DNA of 64,000 bases from Octopus sinensis (GCF_006345805.1 NC_043011.1:17496464-17560463); one strand, 5' to 3'; positions 1 to 13,014 are shown, numbered from the stretch's first letter. Notes: generated from the letters alone by a model not told the origin. Numbers and translations: made by a program.

Positions 1-74
1 ACCTGAAACAATTAAAATTTTTAAATTGTAGTGAAATGTGTATAACCAACAGGAACAAGCGATTTACAATCTTT

Positions 75-437
75 TATTTTTCACTTGTTTCATTGATTAG
101 ACTGTGGGCGTCCAGATTTGTCCCCAGTACTTTTTTTTGTAATGTCCTGGTACTTATTCTACCAGTCTCTTTTGCTAAACTACTAAATTCTGGGGACATA
201 AACACCCCACCCTTAGTTGTTGAGTGAGGGGGGGGGGCAAGCACAAACACAAAGATACACACACACATACATATATATATGACAGGCTTCTTTCAGTTTC
301 CATCTACTATATCCACTCACAAGGCTTTGGTCAGCACAAGGCTATGCTAGAAGACGTTTGCCCAAGGTGTCACACAATGAGCCTGAACCTGGAACCCTGT
401 GGTTGGAAAGCAAGCTTCTTACCATGCAGCCATGCCA
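75..437 (-). mobile_element. tRNA-derived SINE, family A (degenerate copy)
   Basis: Diverged match to the roughly 430-bp family seen intact at 45205-45625, including 'gacaggcttctttcagtttccatctactatatccactcacaaggctttgg' and the internal (CA/TA)n tract. Boundaries approximate. Confidence 0.85.
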
Positions 438-529
438 ATCTTCATCAAATATTCAAAATTCCTTATGTAGTTAAGGCCTCATCTAGACATACAATTTTGC
501 TTATATACATGTATAATCAAAATCAATTC

Positions 530-945
530 GATGACTGGCATCCGTGCTAGCGGGGTGCAAAGAGCACCATATGAGTGTGATCGTTGCCAGAGCAGCCAAC
601 TGGCTTCCATACCCATGGCACCTAAAAGGGCATCATTCGAGCGTGATCGTTACCAACATCACTTCACTGGCACCTGTGTCAGTGGCATGTGTAAAAAGAT
701 TCGAGCGAGGTCATTGCCAGTACTGCCTGACTGGCCCCCGTGCCGGTGGCACGTAAAAAGCTCCCACTACACTCTTGGAGTGGCTGGCGTTAGGAAGGGC
801 ATCCAGCTGTAGAAACTCTGCCAGATAAAGATTGGAGCCTGGTGCAGCCATCTGGTTCGCCAGCCCTCAGTCAAAATCGTCCAACACATGCTAGCATGGA
901 AAGCGGACGTTAAACGATGATGATGATGATGATGATGATGATGAT
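530..945 (+). repeat. Dispersed repeat family D, ending in (GAT)n; probable SINE or LINE 3' end
   Basis: Shares 'ggcgttaggaagggcatccagctgtagaaac...catgctagcatggaaagcggacgttaaacgatgatgatg' with copies at 8512, 13803 and, inverted, 18786. Confidence 0.85.
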
Positions 946-1696
946 AGTCCTTTATAATTGAATTATCTCATGTAACTAGTCACGGGATGCTCGTTTTGAA
1001 ATCACTATCTACCATTTAATTTTTCTACCTTGTATAGAAAAGATCTGTAGCATATTTGATGTAAGCAAAAATACATTTTTCTGAATGTGAACCTTTCTGC
1101 AACGCATTCATTTTAAACTTCTGCTGAAACATAAATGACCAGAGACGAATATAAACAACTGACTGCACAATATGCAACCTCGCAATATCTCATCAAATCT
1201 CAATTCAGTTCCAAAGGTTATCCAGTAAATATATATATCAATAACCTTCCCAACACTCACACCTTGACAAATACTAGAAACTGAATGGTTTCTCTTTTTC
1301 CCTATCTTTGCTTTCCTTTTCTCTCTCTCTACATGCATGCCTATATAGTCTGAACAATGGCTCACCTATACAATATTTTGAATCTAATCTGATGAGTAGA
1401 AAGATGAAATTTAAATACCAAATGTGAGGTGGCAGATGACACAGCCATAAATAATACCAACTCCTTGGGATTGAATACTATATTGAACGTTTGAATGTAG
1501 TACAGGAACTTTTGTATGGCTTATATATATATTATAGTTTATATTCAGATTAACAGACCACTGATCTGAGTCGCAGACAATTCCTGCAGCAGATGCAATA
1601 AATCAATGAAGGTGAGCCTATACCAGGAATCAGCAGAAAATTGCCGCAGATTTTTACTTGACACGCATAGTCAGATACTGTGTTATTAAAAGTTTG

Positions 1697-2078
1697 GAGG
1701 CGCAATGGCCCGGTGGTTAGGGCAGCGGACTCACGGTCGTAGGATCGCGGTTTCGATTCCCAGACCGGGCATTGTGAGTGTTTATTGAGCGAAAACACCT
1801 AAAAGCTCCACGATGCTCCGGCAGGGATGGTGGTGATCCCTGCTGTACTCTTTCACCACAACTTTCTCTCACTCTTACTTCCTGTTTCTGTTGTACCTGT
1901 ATTTCAAAGGGCCAGCCTTGTCACTCTCTGTGTCACGCTGAATATCCCTGAGAACTACGTTAAGTGTACATGTGTCTGTGGAGTGCTCAGCCACTTACAC
2001 GTTAATTTCACGAGCAGGCTGTTCCGTTGATCTGATCAACCGGAACCCTCATCGTCGTAACCAACGGAGTGCTTCCAC
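1697..2078 (+). mobile_element. tRNA-derived SINE, family B (long-tail variant), with TSD
   Basis: A-box-like TGGCCCGGTGGTTAG and B-box-like GGTTTCGATTCCC; 13-bp TSD TATTAAAAGTTTG at 1684-1696 and 2079-2091. Confidence 0.92.
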
Positions 2079-2389
2079 TATTAAAAGTTTGCTAATTTGA
2101 TGAAAGAAGTTTCTAAAGCTTAAAACATAAATGTTTAAAAATTGCATTTTGTAATGTTTGTTGAAATAGCACATTTTATAGCAAAACTTGTTGTCACCTT
2201 ATAAATTAATGAAGTGGCAATGCATCATTGATTACTTGCAGAGGTTAACACAGATAATTTCAGTTGCATGATTTTAGCTTTTTTCAGTTCACACATCCTT
2301 ATATTCTGCTATCATTGCTAAGACATAAACATATACATACACACATACATACATACATACATACATGCATGCATTCATAAATACATACA

Positions 2390-2608
2390 ATTCTTTATTG
2401 CTCACAAGGGGCTAAACATAGAGGGGACAAACAAGGACAGTCAAAGGGACTAAATCGATTACATCGACCCTAGTACATAACTGGTACTTATTTAATCGAC
2501 CCCGAAAGGATGAAAGGCAAAGTCGACCTCGGCAGAATTTGAACTCAGAACGTAGCGGCAGACAAGCATTTCGCCCGGCGTGCTAACATTTCTGCCAGCT
2601 CACCGCCT
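2390..2608 (-). mobile_element. tRNA-derived SINE, family C
   Basis: Minus strand starts GGCGGTGAGCTGGCAGAAATGTTAGC, has B-box-like GAGTTCAAATTC and the central 'gtcgactttgcctttcatcctttcggggtcgat' block shared with 26006-26398. Confidence 0.88.
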
Positions 2609-2639
2609 GAAATACATACATTTATACATACATACATGC

Positions 2640-3150
2640 ATATATGGTGTGGGTAATAAATTGTTGTCTAAATGATGTAAATTATGTAAAAAGGAAATAA
2701 ATCTGACATCTCATTTTAACAGATATATTTACAAAAATTACATAAGAATATCTTAAAATACTAAACAGTAAATTTATTCAATAAAATTGCCATTGGCTTC
2801 AGCCATGGTCTCCAGATGACTTTGGAATCTCCTGCAACTCTTCTGGACAGTCGCCTTGTTTAAGTTGGTAAATGCTGCCATGATACTTGCTCTCAGTTCA
2901 TCTTTGGTGTTACAAGAAGTTTTGTTGGTCTCTCACTCAACTGTGCCTCACACACAATAATTAAGGGAATTAGGGTATGGGGAGTTATGTGGCCAAATGT
3001 TAGGGGTAATGTTGTCGCAGAAATTGTCGGACAGCCATGACTGGGTTCTCTTGCTTGTGTGGCATAGTGCAGAGTCATGTTGCCAAACATAGGTTCTTTC
3101 AGCAGCAACCCCCTTGATTCATGGCAGCACTACACCCTCCAGGCACTTGT
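2640..3150 (-). mobile_element. Tc1/mariner transposase 3' remnant (pseudogene)
   Basis: Minus translation with stops: 'VWQHDSALCHTSKRTQSWLSDNF...WPHNSPYPNSLNYCV*G...KDELRASIMAAF...SCRRFQSHLETMAEANGNFIE*', matching the QQDxAPxH and WPPNSPDxNPLDY motifs. Confidence 0.85.
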
Positions 3151-3622
3151 TGAAGGTTATGTGTTGTGTGTGTGTGTGTGGTAGTAGTATAATTTAGGCA
3201 TTAACCTCATGATGTTCATTTAAATCTTCCTATACTGTTATTGGCTACCATATTCAACTCTACACCAGGATATTTTCTAAGGCTGGATAAACATGTGGAA
3301 CTGAGCTATTGTACAGAATTAATATAAGAATTATGCAACACAAGGATTGAAAATTGCAGGCTTTAATAACAAATCGCAACATTTGTTTCTGCACCAGACA
3401 CCAGCTTTAAGTTGCTGAGTTTATACTTATACATTATTATATAAGATTATTCTTTAGAATTACTCTGTAATTAAATATTTTTCAGCAACAGCCCAGTGTA
3501 CGTGCTTCTCAAATGTCAGAAACAAATGTGATTTGTATTAAAGTCTGCTATTTTCCATCCTCATGTTGTATTATTGTTTTATGGTTATCTAATACTGTTC
3601 ACTTTGATTAATATATATATAT

Positions 3623-4141
3623 AATGATAAATATCAGAGTGAGTTATCAGCAGTAGCAGAAACACATTGTGATGTAAGTATGCCATTTGAATATGGCTAA
3701 CCCCTAAGGGTGGATGCTACCATAGTTTTTAGCCCCAGGAAGACATCTCCTCCACCTGGCTATAGACACACTTTCTGTACCCTATCAGTATTTGCAAAGG
3801 GAAGTCATCCTTCCCGTCTTCAACTTATGATACACACGGACCCGAGTTTCAAGGTATTGACCTATCATCAGCGTGTGACAATCAGAGTTGTCGATAGGAA
3901 GGAGGTTCTCTTTACAAATACATATACTTTTTCCAGTGTTCAGTGACACTGATATTGAAAAAGTGAAATCAAACAATGATAAATATCAGAGTGAGTTATC
4001 AACAGTTGCAGAAACACATCGTGATGTAAATATACCATTTGAATATGGCTAACCCCTAAGGGTGGATGCTACTGTAGCTTTTAGCCCCAGGAAGACATCT
4101 CCTCCAGCTGGCTATAGACACACTTATGATACACACAGACC
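3623..4141 (-). mobile_element. Hammerhead-containing tandem repeat (352-bp unit, about 1.5 copies); retrozyme-like or Penelope pLTR
   Basis: 3623-3842 is repeated at 3975-4141 (period 352; copy 2 has a 53-nt deletion bounded by ACTT). It contains the HHR below. Confidence 0.8.
3833..3877 (-). ncRNA. Type I hammerhead ribozyme
   Basis: Minus strand: CACACG-CTGATGA-t-AGGT-caat-ACCT-t-GAAAC-tcgg-GTC|CGTGTG. Perfect 6-bp stem I, full CUGANGA/GAAA core, 4-bp stem II (U.U at 10.1/11.1), short quasi-palindromic stem III, GUC cleavage triplet. Confidence 0.88.
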
Positions 4142-4189
4142 AGCGATGTGTAACAACATCTGATGGCCTGGTCGGTCACAGTGATCACG

Positions 4190-4212
4190 GTGATATATAT
4201 GTATATGCATAT

Positions 4213-4263
<51 letters not shown>

Positions 4264-4269
4264 GTATAT

Positions 4270-4362
<93 letters not shown>
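4190..4362. repeat. (TA)n microsatellite
   Basis: Long, nearly pure TA tract. Confidence 0.98.
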
Positions 4363-4364
<2 letters not shown>

Positions 4365-5214
4365 TACAAGCAACTGCATTTAAAACATTCCAATGAGTGA
4401 ACTTATTTAAATTCTATGTAAGATCTTCCCATTTAGTAACTACAAGTTACAAAATTGTTTGACTATGGAAAATTAACAATATAATAATTTATTGGGAAAT
4501 TATTATAGAAAATTTGTTAAATATACACTTTTTCTCATTTGTTGGCCATCAAATAGCAAAAATAGTATTAATGATAGGTGTTTGATATTGAATGCTAACA
4601 GAAAATCAAATGCAATTTCTTTTGATATTACGTAATATGCTCAATTATCTATTAATGCATGATATTTTTACTGAAATTTATAAGAACTGACTAAGATAAA
4701 GAATTTGTCTCAATGTAATGTTGAGAAATGACATAAGCGTTTCTGCTTTTAGAGTGTTTAGTAATTGGTGGATATATTTGTGAAAAATAGCTTTAGTTAG
4801 TTCAGAAGATATCTTTTCCATGGCTAGCAGAATTGTTGAATTTGTAAAGCAATTTACAAGAAGTTGTTCATAGTCTTATTTTATCCACTATCTACAACTG
4901 TGTGCAAAAATTAGCTTTGAAAATTTTTATGATTTGATGAGAGTTGCGACAACAGCCAAGTCTTTAAATGAACAGGAATTAAATTTTCTTTTGAATGAAA
5001 GTAAATCAGTTTATGATTTTATGATAATTTAGTCATGGTTAAGTACTTTATTGTTTGTTAAATTTTTATGTGAAATCAGATCACATATAGATATAAAGAT
5101 CAGGGAGTATAACTTTTCTCAGCTAAATTATTTAGTTTAGCTCTGTAAATTTATGGTTTGATGTACTTCCCATTGCAACTGAATAAAATAAATATTGATA
5201 TATATATATATATA

Positions 5215-5500
5215 TGGCCTGGTGGTTAGGGCAGTGGACTTGCAGTTGTAGGATCGCAGTTTCGATTCTCAGACTGGGCATTGTGAGTGTTTATTGAGCG
5301 AAAACACCTAAAGCTCCATGAGGCTCCGGCAGGGGGTGGTGGTGATCCCTGTTGTACTCTTTCGCCACAACTTTCTCTCACTCTTTCTTCTGTTGGCCTG
5401 CTTGCTTAGCCAGAATCATTTGAAGGCTAAAACAATGCAAAGCACATTGTGACCAGCGATGTGTAGCAACACTTGATAGCCTGGTCAGTCATGGTGATAA
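5215..5500 (+). mobile_element. SINE family B (short-tail variant)
   Basis: tRNA-like head 'tggcctggtggttagggcagtggac...gtttcgattctcagac'; body shared with 1697; tail shared with 57603. Confidence 0.88.
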
Positions 5501-5506
5501 ATATAA

Positions 5507-5565
<59 letters not shown>

Positions 5566-5584
5566 TCTCAAAAAGACGAACCCA

Positions 5585-5947
5585 TCCTCAGTCTTACTGC
5601 GTGGCATCTTGGGCAAGTGTCTTCTACTATAGCCTCGGGCCGACCATTGCCTTGTGAGTGGATTTGGTAGACGGAAACTGAAAGAAGCCCGTCGTATATA
5701 TGCATATATAAATATATGCGTGTGTGTGTTTGTGTGTCTATGTTTGTCCCACTAGCATTGCCTGACAACCGATGCTGGTGTGTTTATGTCCCCGCTACTT
5801 AGCGGTTTGGCAAAAGAGACCGATAGAATAAGTACTGGGCTTACAAAGAATAAATCCCGGGGTCGAGTTGCTCGACTAAAGGCGGTGCTCCAGCATGGCC
5901 ACAGTCAACTGACTGAAACAAGTAAAAGAGTAAAAGAGTAAAGAGTA
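5585..5947 (+). mobile_element. SINE family A, 5'-truncated
   Basis: Matches 45205-45625 and ends in (AAAGAGTA)n. Confidence 0.9.
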
Positions 5948-6077
5948 TAGCATAAAAATGTACTCAGCAATTAAGAAGTTATTAAAGTGTAACATTCTAA
6001 ATTGCCTGGCATTACTCTTGTTTTATAAGTATATGGAAAAATTTCAAACTATATTTTATCAAACTCAATGTTTATAT

Positions 6078-6476
6078 ACTGTTTTACTCTTTACTCTTTT
6101 TACTTGTTTCAGGCATATGACTGTGGCCATGCTGGAGCACCGCCTTTAGCTGAGCAAATCGACCCTTGGACTTATTCTTAGTAAGCTTACTACTTATTCT
6201 ATCGGTCTCTTTTGCTGAACCGCTAAGTTACAGGGACGTAAACACACCAGCATCGGTTGTCAAGCGCTGTTGGGGGGACAAATACAGATACACATACATA
6301 TATATAGATATGCACAATGGGCTCCTTTCAGCTTCTGTGTACCAAATCCACTAACAAGGCTTTGGTGGGCCTGAGGCTATAGTAGAAGACACTTGCCCAA
6401 GGTGCCATGCAGTGGGACTGAACCCAAACCATATGGTTGGTAAGCAAGCTACTTACCACACAGCCACTCCTATGCC
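6078..6476 (-). mobile_element. SINE family A
   Basis: Near full-length reverse copy, tail-to-tail with 5585-5947. Confidence 0.9.
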
Positions 6477-6513
<37 letters not shown>

Positions 6514-6539
6514 TAATAATAGTAATAATAATCTTTTCT

Positions 6540-6650
6540 AGTGGAAGTACAAGGCCTCAAATTTGGGGGAAGGGATTAAGTCAATTACATCGACCCCAGT
6601 GTGTAACTGGTACTAATTTTATTGACCCTGAAAGGATGAAAAGCAAAGTT
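6540..6650 (-). mobile_element. SINE family C fragment
   Basis: 'gtcaattacatcgaccccagtgtgtaactggtactaattttattgaccctgaaaggatgaaaagcaaagt'. Confidence 0.75.
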
Positions 6651-8511
6651 GTATATATATATATATTTTTTTGTGAAATAAAATGTTTCTCAATAATCAA
6701 TTTTTCTACAAGGTTTATTCAATTATTCTACAAGTATTTTTAGGTTTATTTCAAAGATGAAAATTTCAACATGCTGCAGTAAAAATGTTCAAATTCAGTG
6801 CTGTAAATGAACTGAAAGAATTTTGAAAGAGGTATACTCAGCAATAAGGTCAAGAAAGATGTATTCAGATTGTGGCTTTGTTTTCACTAATCATTTAAAA
6901 GCCACTCAAAGGACTTGCTAAGAAGAGGAAGAAATGGACTTTTGCTATAATGGCTTGGCCTCAAGAACTGAAACACTCAGCACACTAGCTAACAAAATAC
7001 TTATCAATGATTCAATATTTTCAGCTATCTTCATGCACTAAGCTGCACCTACTGTTGTTATTGAAAGACTAGTTATCTAAGACATTGAAAGTCGACAATG
7101 TAGATTAAAGAAGTGATAATCTTTTGACATATACTTTAGCAACCCGCCACTTGACTATCTTCAAATCTCATGGATATCAATAGTTGTTTGTCAATCATTT
7201 TCTTAGTGTAACAACATAAAATCAACTATGATTCAAAAATTTGATAATAGAGTGAAAATATTTTAGCGTTAGTCTCCAGCATAAGTTTGTAGAAGAAAAA
7301 ATACTGTTTCAAGTATAAATAATATATATATATATATATATTTCCCCTTACATTTCCATGTGTATTTTATATTTATTTTTGTAACATATTTCTACTATAT
7401 ATATATAAATATATAATGTTACTTCTTAAAAATAAATTTATCAATATTATAACTAGACAGAAGTGAAAAGAAGCAAGTCAACTTCGCTTCAATATATTTC
7501 ATTCATTTCACTTACAATAGCTTGAGGGGAAAATATTATATAGCATTGGTATTTGTTCATTCATATAAGTAAAAGCACATCACTATTTGAGTAAGTTATT
7601 CTTTCTAGCAAACTCAGTATGTGGCTTTAGTAATCAGTGTTGGGTTCTTATTTTTTATCATTTAAGCAACAAACAATATCAATTTATTTGTTTGTATATC
7701 GTTGTATAGAATGTGAATCATAAAAAAAAAACAGGTAGTGTAATATATCAATAGGTGTTTATCAATTTTATCCTACTGTCACGGTGTCATTATGAGAAAA
7801 GTGAAAATCATTCTGTATATTCTATATAAAGTTTTCATTGATTGTATATGAGAAAATTTGTAGCAATTCAGAAAAATAGATTCAACTAGATCTCTGTGTG
7901 TTAGCAATAGTAGCAGTTTCCATTTTATTTTTCGACAACAAGATTATCTAAGAAGTTAAGAATTATATAGAATGAATGTATATCTTGTTTTTATCAAACA
8001 CTGAAGTTATAATCTTTATTCATAATACAAATCTGATTGAAGCCTTTATAAAATATATTTCAACTTTGTTGAATGAAACATTACAACATTCACAGAATGG
8101 AGTCTAGATATTCTAACATTTTAAAAATAGCCTTTTTCACCTTTTATTGTGAGAATCACACCAAAATCAATGCTGGAAACGCTTCTTTTGAAATTTATTT
8201 CTAATACCCACTTGCCCTAGCCTCTATACTACTTAACTAATACCAGCTTTGGCATCACTTAAATTTTTAGCGTTGATTTTCAAGATATGATACTAATTTA
8301 AACATATGCTTTCTCACTAACACAATATCATGTCCATCTTCCCTTTCCTACTGTAATTAAAGTCAGTTTGAATATCTAGTGGGGGTAATGAATAATCACT
8401 GGAGAAATGTAGACTTTCTAACATGAAGAATTATATTTATTTACACTTTGAAAATTTGTCATAGAATTTTGCTGTTCACAAATTTTGCAGCTGAGTATCT
8501 TAACATATTTT

Positions 8512-8762
8512 TTGGCATGTATAAAGCACCAACCGATCGTGGCCATTGCCAGCCGTACCTGGCACCTCTTCCGGTGGCACGTAAAAAGCACCCACTACAC
8601 TCACGGAGTGGTTGGCGTTAGGAAGGGCATCCAGCTGTAGAAACACTGCCAGATCAGACTGAAGCTTGGTGCAGCCTCCTGGCTTCCCAGACCCCTGTCG
8701 AACCATCCAACCCATGCTAGCATGGAAAGCCGACGTTAAACGATGATGATGATGATGATGAT
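8512..8762 (+). repeat. Dispersed repeat family D
   Basis: Same conserved blocks and (GAT)n end as 530-945. Confidence 0.85.
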
Positions 8763-9199
8763 AGGACACTAACTCTTTCACTATACTTCAATAGAATATG
8801 TAAAAGTTAGCAGCAATGTCAAAGAATGCCTAAACTACAATTACTCTTGAGTAAATATAGAGTGCTTGTACTCCAGTCATGACATAAAGTATGCTTTAAT
8901 TACTAATTACTAAAACATTGCCTCAAGATCATGCATCTCTTATTCAAATTTTACCTTCTAGTTGAATTCACATTAAATTTAACAAATAATACTTGATGCT
9001 TTAGTTCAAAATATAATACGATCCACTAAAGTTTCCATGTACTCCTTGAATATAAAGTTTCAGTATAAGAAAATGGCCTAATGTATAGAATCCTGAGGTA
9101 ATGAAACACCTTCATGTAAAAACAATTTTTCCATCAACAAAATGTAAATTAACGAACCTTATATATGCTAGCATGAAAAATTGAATGTCATGCAACAGG

Positions 9200-10440
9200 C
9201 ATATGAAGGTTGTCTGTAAAGTTCATCTCTGCGATCTCTGCTTGACTCATGATTGCAGTTTGGTCAATGAGACCAGCTGCGGGAAAGTGTGTCTCAAAAA
9301 CGGCGATCACATCTTTTCACCGTAGTCTATGAAACACTGGAGGTGTCACTGTATCAGCGCATATCTACGCATCATCAACCACGGCATACCCAGCCCTCCA
9401 GTTGCAGATGTTGGCAGCAAATGGATTGCCTAACCACTGGAACGGTTCCCCTCCACAAAAAGCGGTAGAGTATGGGTTCCAGTTTCCTGATGGTTGGGTC
9501 GGGACAAGGCACAACGGTCACACGGCAGTAGATGACAGATGTAATGTATGCGTTCACTTTTCAGCTCGACATTTTAGAGATAGCTTCCTCTCGGCCCATA
9601 GCTGGATGAGGGTGACCACCCTGCTCATTATCTCCTTCCAGTTCTTCTCCATTTGAAGGGACTGAATCAGACCCCGAGCAATTTAACCAGTCCGTCTGTC
9701 AAGTGTCCCATGATAGAGACGCTGTTAGACGGCATAAGGCTTGCTCATCCAAGTGCTGAACCACAAGCACACTAACTTTTCCGGATTAATTTTTGCTCCC
9801 GTTACCGTTTCCTATTCGTTTAGAGTCTTGCTGACCAGGTTAATATGCCTGTGGCTTGACTCTATAACGGTGACATCGTCCAAGTATGCAGACACACTCC
9901 TCTCACATCCCAGTTCTCGGAAAATGCTTCTCAGCATTGCCAGCTTCTGAAGCAGTGGCTCTGGAGCCAATACATACAGAAGTGACAAAAGAGGGCATCC
10001 TTGACAGACTGAGTGTGTGATGTTAAATGGTCTAGATAGATGACCAATTACCCGAACTACCGAGCGGATGTCCCTGTATAAAGCAGCAATTCAACCGTGG
10101 AAGACTGGACCAAAACAAGCCACCCTAAGGACAGTCTCTAAGTATCAATGGTCGATCCAATGAAAAGCTTTTAGTTGATCCAAACTGATCAGAGACCCAC
10201 CCATGCCAGGTTCCTTAACTACCCTGTCTATGATGTAGCTCATGAGGTGGAAGTTGCACGAATACTTCTACCTGGCACTGTGCATATTTGCTCCTTGTCA
10301 ACCAGTTTCTTGATGACAGCACCTTGGCCAAAATTTTCAAATCTGCATTGAGCAGAGTGATGGGCAGGAAATTATCGATAACATTCCCCTTGTTTGGGGT
10401 CTTCTTTTAGCAGAGTCACTGCTCTTCGGCCCACAAAAAT
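9200..10440 (-). mobile_element. L1/Tx1-clade LINE reverse transcriptase fragment (pseudogene)
   Basis: Frameshifted minus translation shows NFLPITLLNADLKILAKVL, HSVCQGCPLLSLLYVLAPEPLL, AYLDDVTV and the C-terminal 'VIYCRVTVVPCPD...LYRFLWRG'. Confidence 0.9.
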
Positions 10441-10649
10441 CAGGATACTCCTTTTTGCTGCTAGTTGCAGTAGACTGTTACTGAGACATCTCCAAACAAT
10501 AATAATAATAATAATATAACGTTCTAAGGACTTGAAAGACTTCTAAAATCTTGTGGATGCCTAAGGTTACAGATGGTAACCCACTACCCACATAAATAAG
10601 ACCCACAGGAATAAGACCAAACCTGAGCTAAACCAAAAATAACAACAAC

Positions 10650-10678
10650 AGTAATAATAATAATAATAATAATAATAA

Positions 10679-10734
<56 letters not shown>

Positions 10735-10735
10735 A
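10650..10735. repeat. Compound (TAA)n-(TAG)n microsatellite
   Basis: Direct reading. Confidence 0.97.
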
Positions 10736-11892
10736 TAGGGAATAATCATAAATTTTTTAATACAATATCATGAAAATTTCATTTGGTGATAAATTAGAAA
10801 ACAAAATTGTAGAGATAACTAAAAAAAATGTTTAGCTTTCACTGTAGCTTATCATTGATTGAAAATTTTTTGATATTTTAGATTAAGATTTAGCAATCAT
10901 CATATCAAAATATTGAATTTAGGAAAAAATGAAGACACCTTTAAAGGTGTAAAAAAATTTTCTGTTACTAATTTTGTTTTTCTCCATTAAATTAGAATAG
11001 AACAGAAAAAGTTGTCAATTATTGTCTTGACAATGCCTTTATATTAGATTTGTTCAAATTGTACATGGAAATAGCTGATGTCCCACATTTGCAGTCTTGT
11101 TTTCTAAATTCATAAAAGCAATCAAAAATACTTCTTCTCTTGCCTAGCCACAGGCCAGACCTATTCTAGTGAACATTGTACAGGGTTTTCCAGCAGTAAC
11201 TATTCTGTCAATGCTTCAAATATAATATAATATATAATATAATATAATATAATATAATATATAAGACTACACTATCCAAAGTATTCATCCGTTTTAAAAA
11301 TGCTAGGATATACCTTGAAGGAAAATGATGGTATTTTCATAGCAATTTTAAAGATGATATTCATTCTTTTACCTGTTCTATAAACAGAGTTATTCTTGTT
11401 GTATAGCCCAAGGTCAGCTCCAAAATAGAAGATCTTTTATAAAAGAAATTCTTGCTCTGAAAATTGCATCTTTCATTTTGTCATAGCATATCCAGCATCA
11501 TATAACCGAATGTGTTTTTCCCTATTTTTCTGATAGTATAGTGTGACTTGATGAACAACTCTTACTTATTTCACTCCTAAACTCAAAAGAAATATTTAGA
11601 TCTTTTAATTCAGTCCTCATATTACTCACAAAATGTACTACCTTTCACATAAACATCTCATAGTTTCAACAACCACAAAAAAGAAAAAATAATAATCTTA
11701 TCTATCACCAACATTCTAGAAAGAATAACTAAATCTTCCTCAAATTTAACTTACAGGCTTCAATGAAGACTGGATATTTCAGAGAATGCCATGTTCAGCC
11801 TGTCTCAATCAAAGATATGATGGTAACTGCTATTATCTCACTGTTCATAGACTTCCTTGGTCAGAATTGACTTGGAACTAAAGAGACATATA

Positions 11893-12065
11893 AGCATAGG
11901 AGTGGATGTGTGGTAAGTAGCTTGCTTATCAACCACATGGTCCCGGGTTCAGTCCCACTGTGTCACACCTTAGATAAGTGTCTTCTACTGTAACCTCGGG
12001 CCAATCAAAGCATTGTGAGTGGATTTGGTAGACTGAAACTGCAAGAAACCTGTCGTATATGTATG

Positions 12066-12096
<31 letters not shown>

Positions 12097-12320
12097 ATGT
12101 GTATGCATGTGTTTGTGTATCTGTTTGTTCCCTCCCAACATTGCTTGACAACTGATGCTGGTGTGTTTACATCCCTGTAATGTAGTGGTTTGGTAAAAGA
12201 GACCGATAGAATAAGTACTAGCCTTACAAAAAATAAGCTCTAGGGTCGATTTGCTTCACTAAAGATGGTGCTCCAGCATGGTCGCACTCAAATGACTAAA
12301 ACAAATAAAAGAGTAAAAGA
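11893..12320 (+). mobile_element. SINE family A, full length
   Basis: Head 'ggagtggatgtgtggtaagtagcttgc...gggttcagtccc' through tail 'aaaagagtaaaagag'. Confidence 0.92.
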
Positions 12321-12753
12321 GCATACACAAAATGACAAAAATACTAAAGGTTAAATAGAACACCTTCACAAAACCCCAGTCAAACTCACAATTCAGTAAG
12401 TGTATGTTAGAGCAATACTGTCCCGCATCAAGGAGAGTGCCGCCATAACATACATAGACATCCTTGATTAGATCCAGATAAAGGAATTCACTCTCAGACA
12501 TCCCTGTAGACTGTGGCCCACAAATGTGCTGTCATCTTTTTTCTACCTTTATTGATTCTATTATAGCTTTTTCTCTTAAGAATGCCTGGCCTTGTACTAT
12601 TTTGACTTTAACATTTCTAGCCCCCTTATTTCACCTCCTTCCATGCTGTACCCATATACACACCCAGTTCCTGCACTAAGCATTACATTTAGGTTTTCCT
12701 TCACAGAACATTCATGCTCTGGAGTTTCCTCTTAACTCATGTCTTTTATGCAG

Positions 12754-12867
12754 ATGCTCAGTTGCAGTGGTTCACAAGAAGCATTAGTGACCTTAATCTC
12801 AACAGTCTTAGAAGACAAAACACAAGCAAGAAATTACAACTTAGTCAGGACAGCAAGAAGATTGAAT
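12754..12867 (+). CDS. Candidate orphan internal coding exon (MLSCSGSQEALVTLISTVLEDKTQARNYNLVRTARRLN), product unknown
   Basis: Acceptor tgtcttttatgcag|ATG, donor AAT|gtgagta, 114 nt, phase 0/0, open frame, non-repetitive. No partner exons could be assigned confidently. Confidence 0.35.
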
Positions 12868-13014
12868 GTGAGTATTGTACATACAATACATTGGATCCAC
12901 CATGATTTCTATCTGTCCAGAACAGGTCTCAAATTTCTCATTAAAGTTGGCAATGATAACTGCCTTGTTTTCACTCATAGCTTTTAGATAACAAACTCTA
13001 TATACTAAACATGA

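Noticed and set aside
1366-1660. Two in-frame protein-like minus-strand segments (NLRQFSADSWYRL... and FLYYIQTFNIVFNPKEL...) ending at a gtgag donor
   Set aside because: They are separated by three stops in 27 nt that cannot be removed by a frame-preserving intron, and they are not distinguishable from chance.
1697-1770. tRNA-like A/B boxes as a true tRNA gene
   Set aside because: No complete cloverleaf; the sequence continues into SINE body with TSDs. The same applies to all SINE heads here.
3623-4141. Direct repeats as a possible CRISPR-like or LTR retrotransposon structure
   Set aside because: Eukaryotic context, only about 1.5 units, no spacers, and no TG..CA ends, PBS or PPT.
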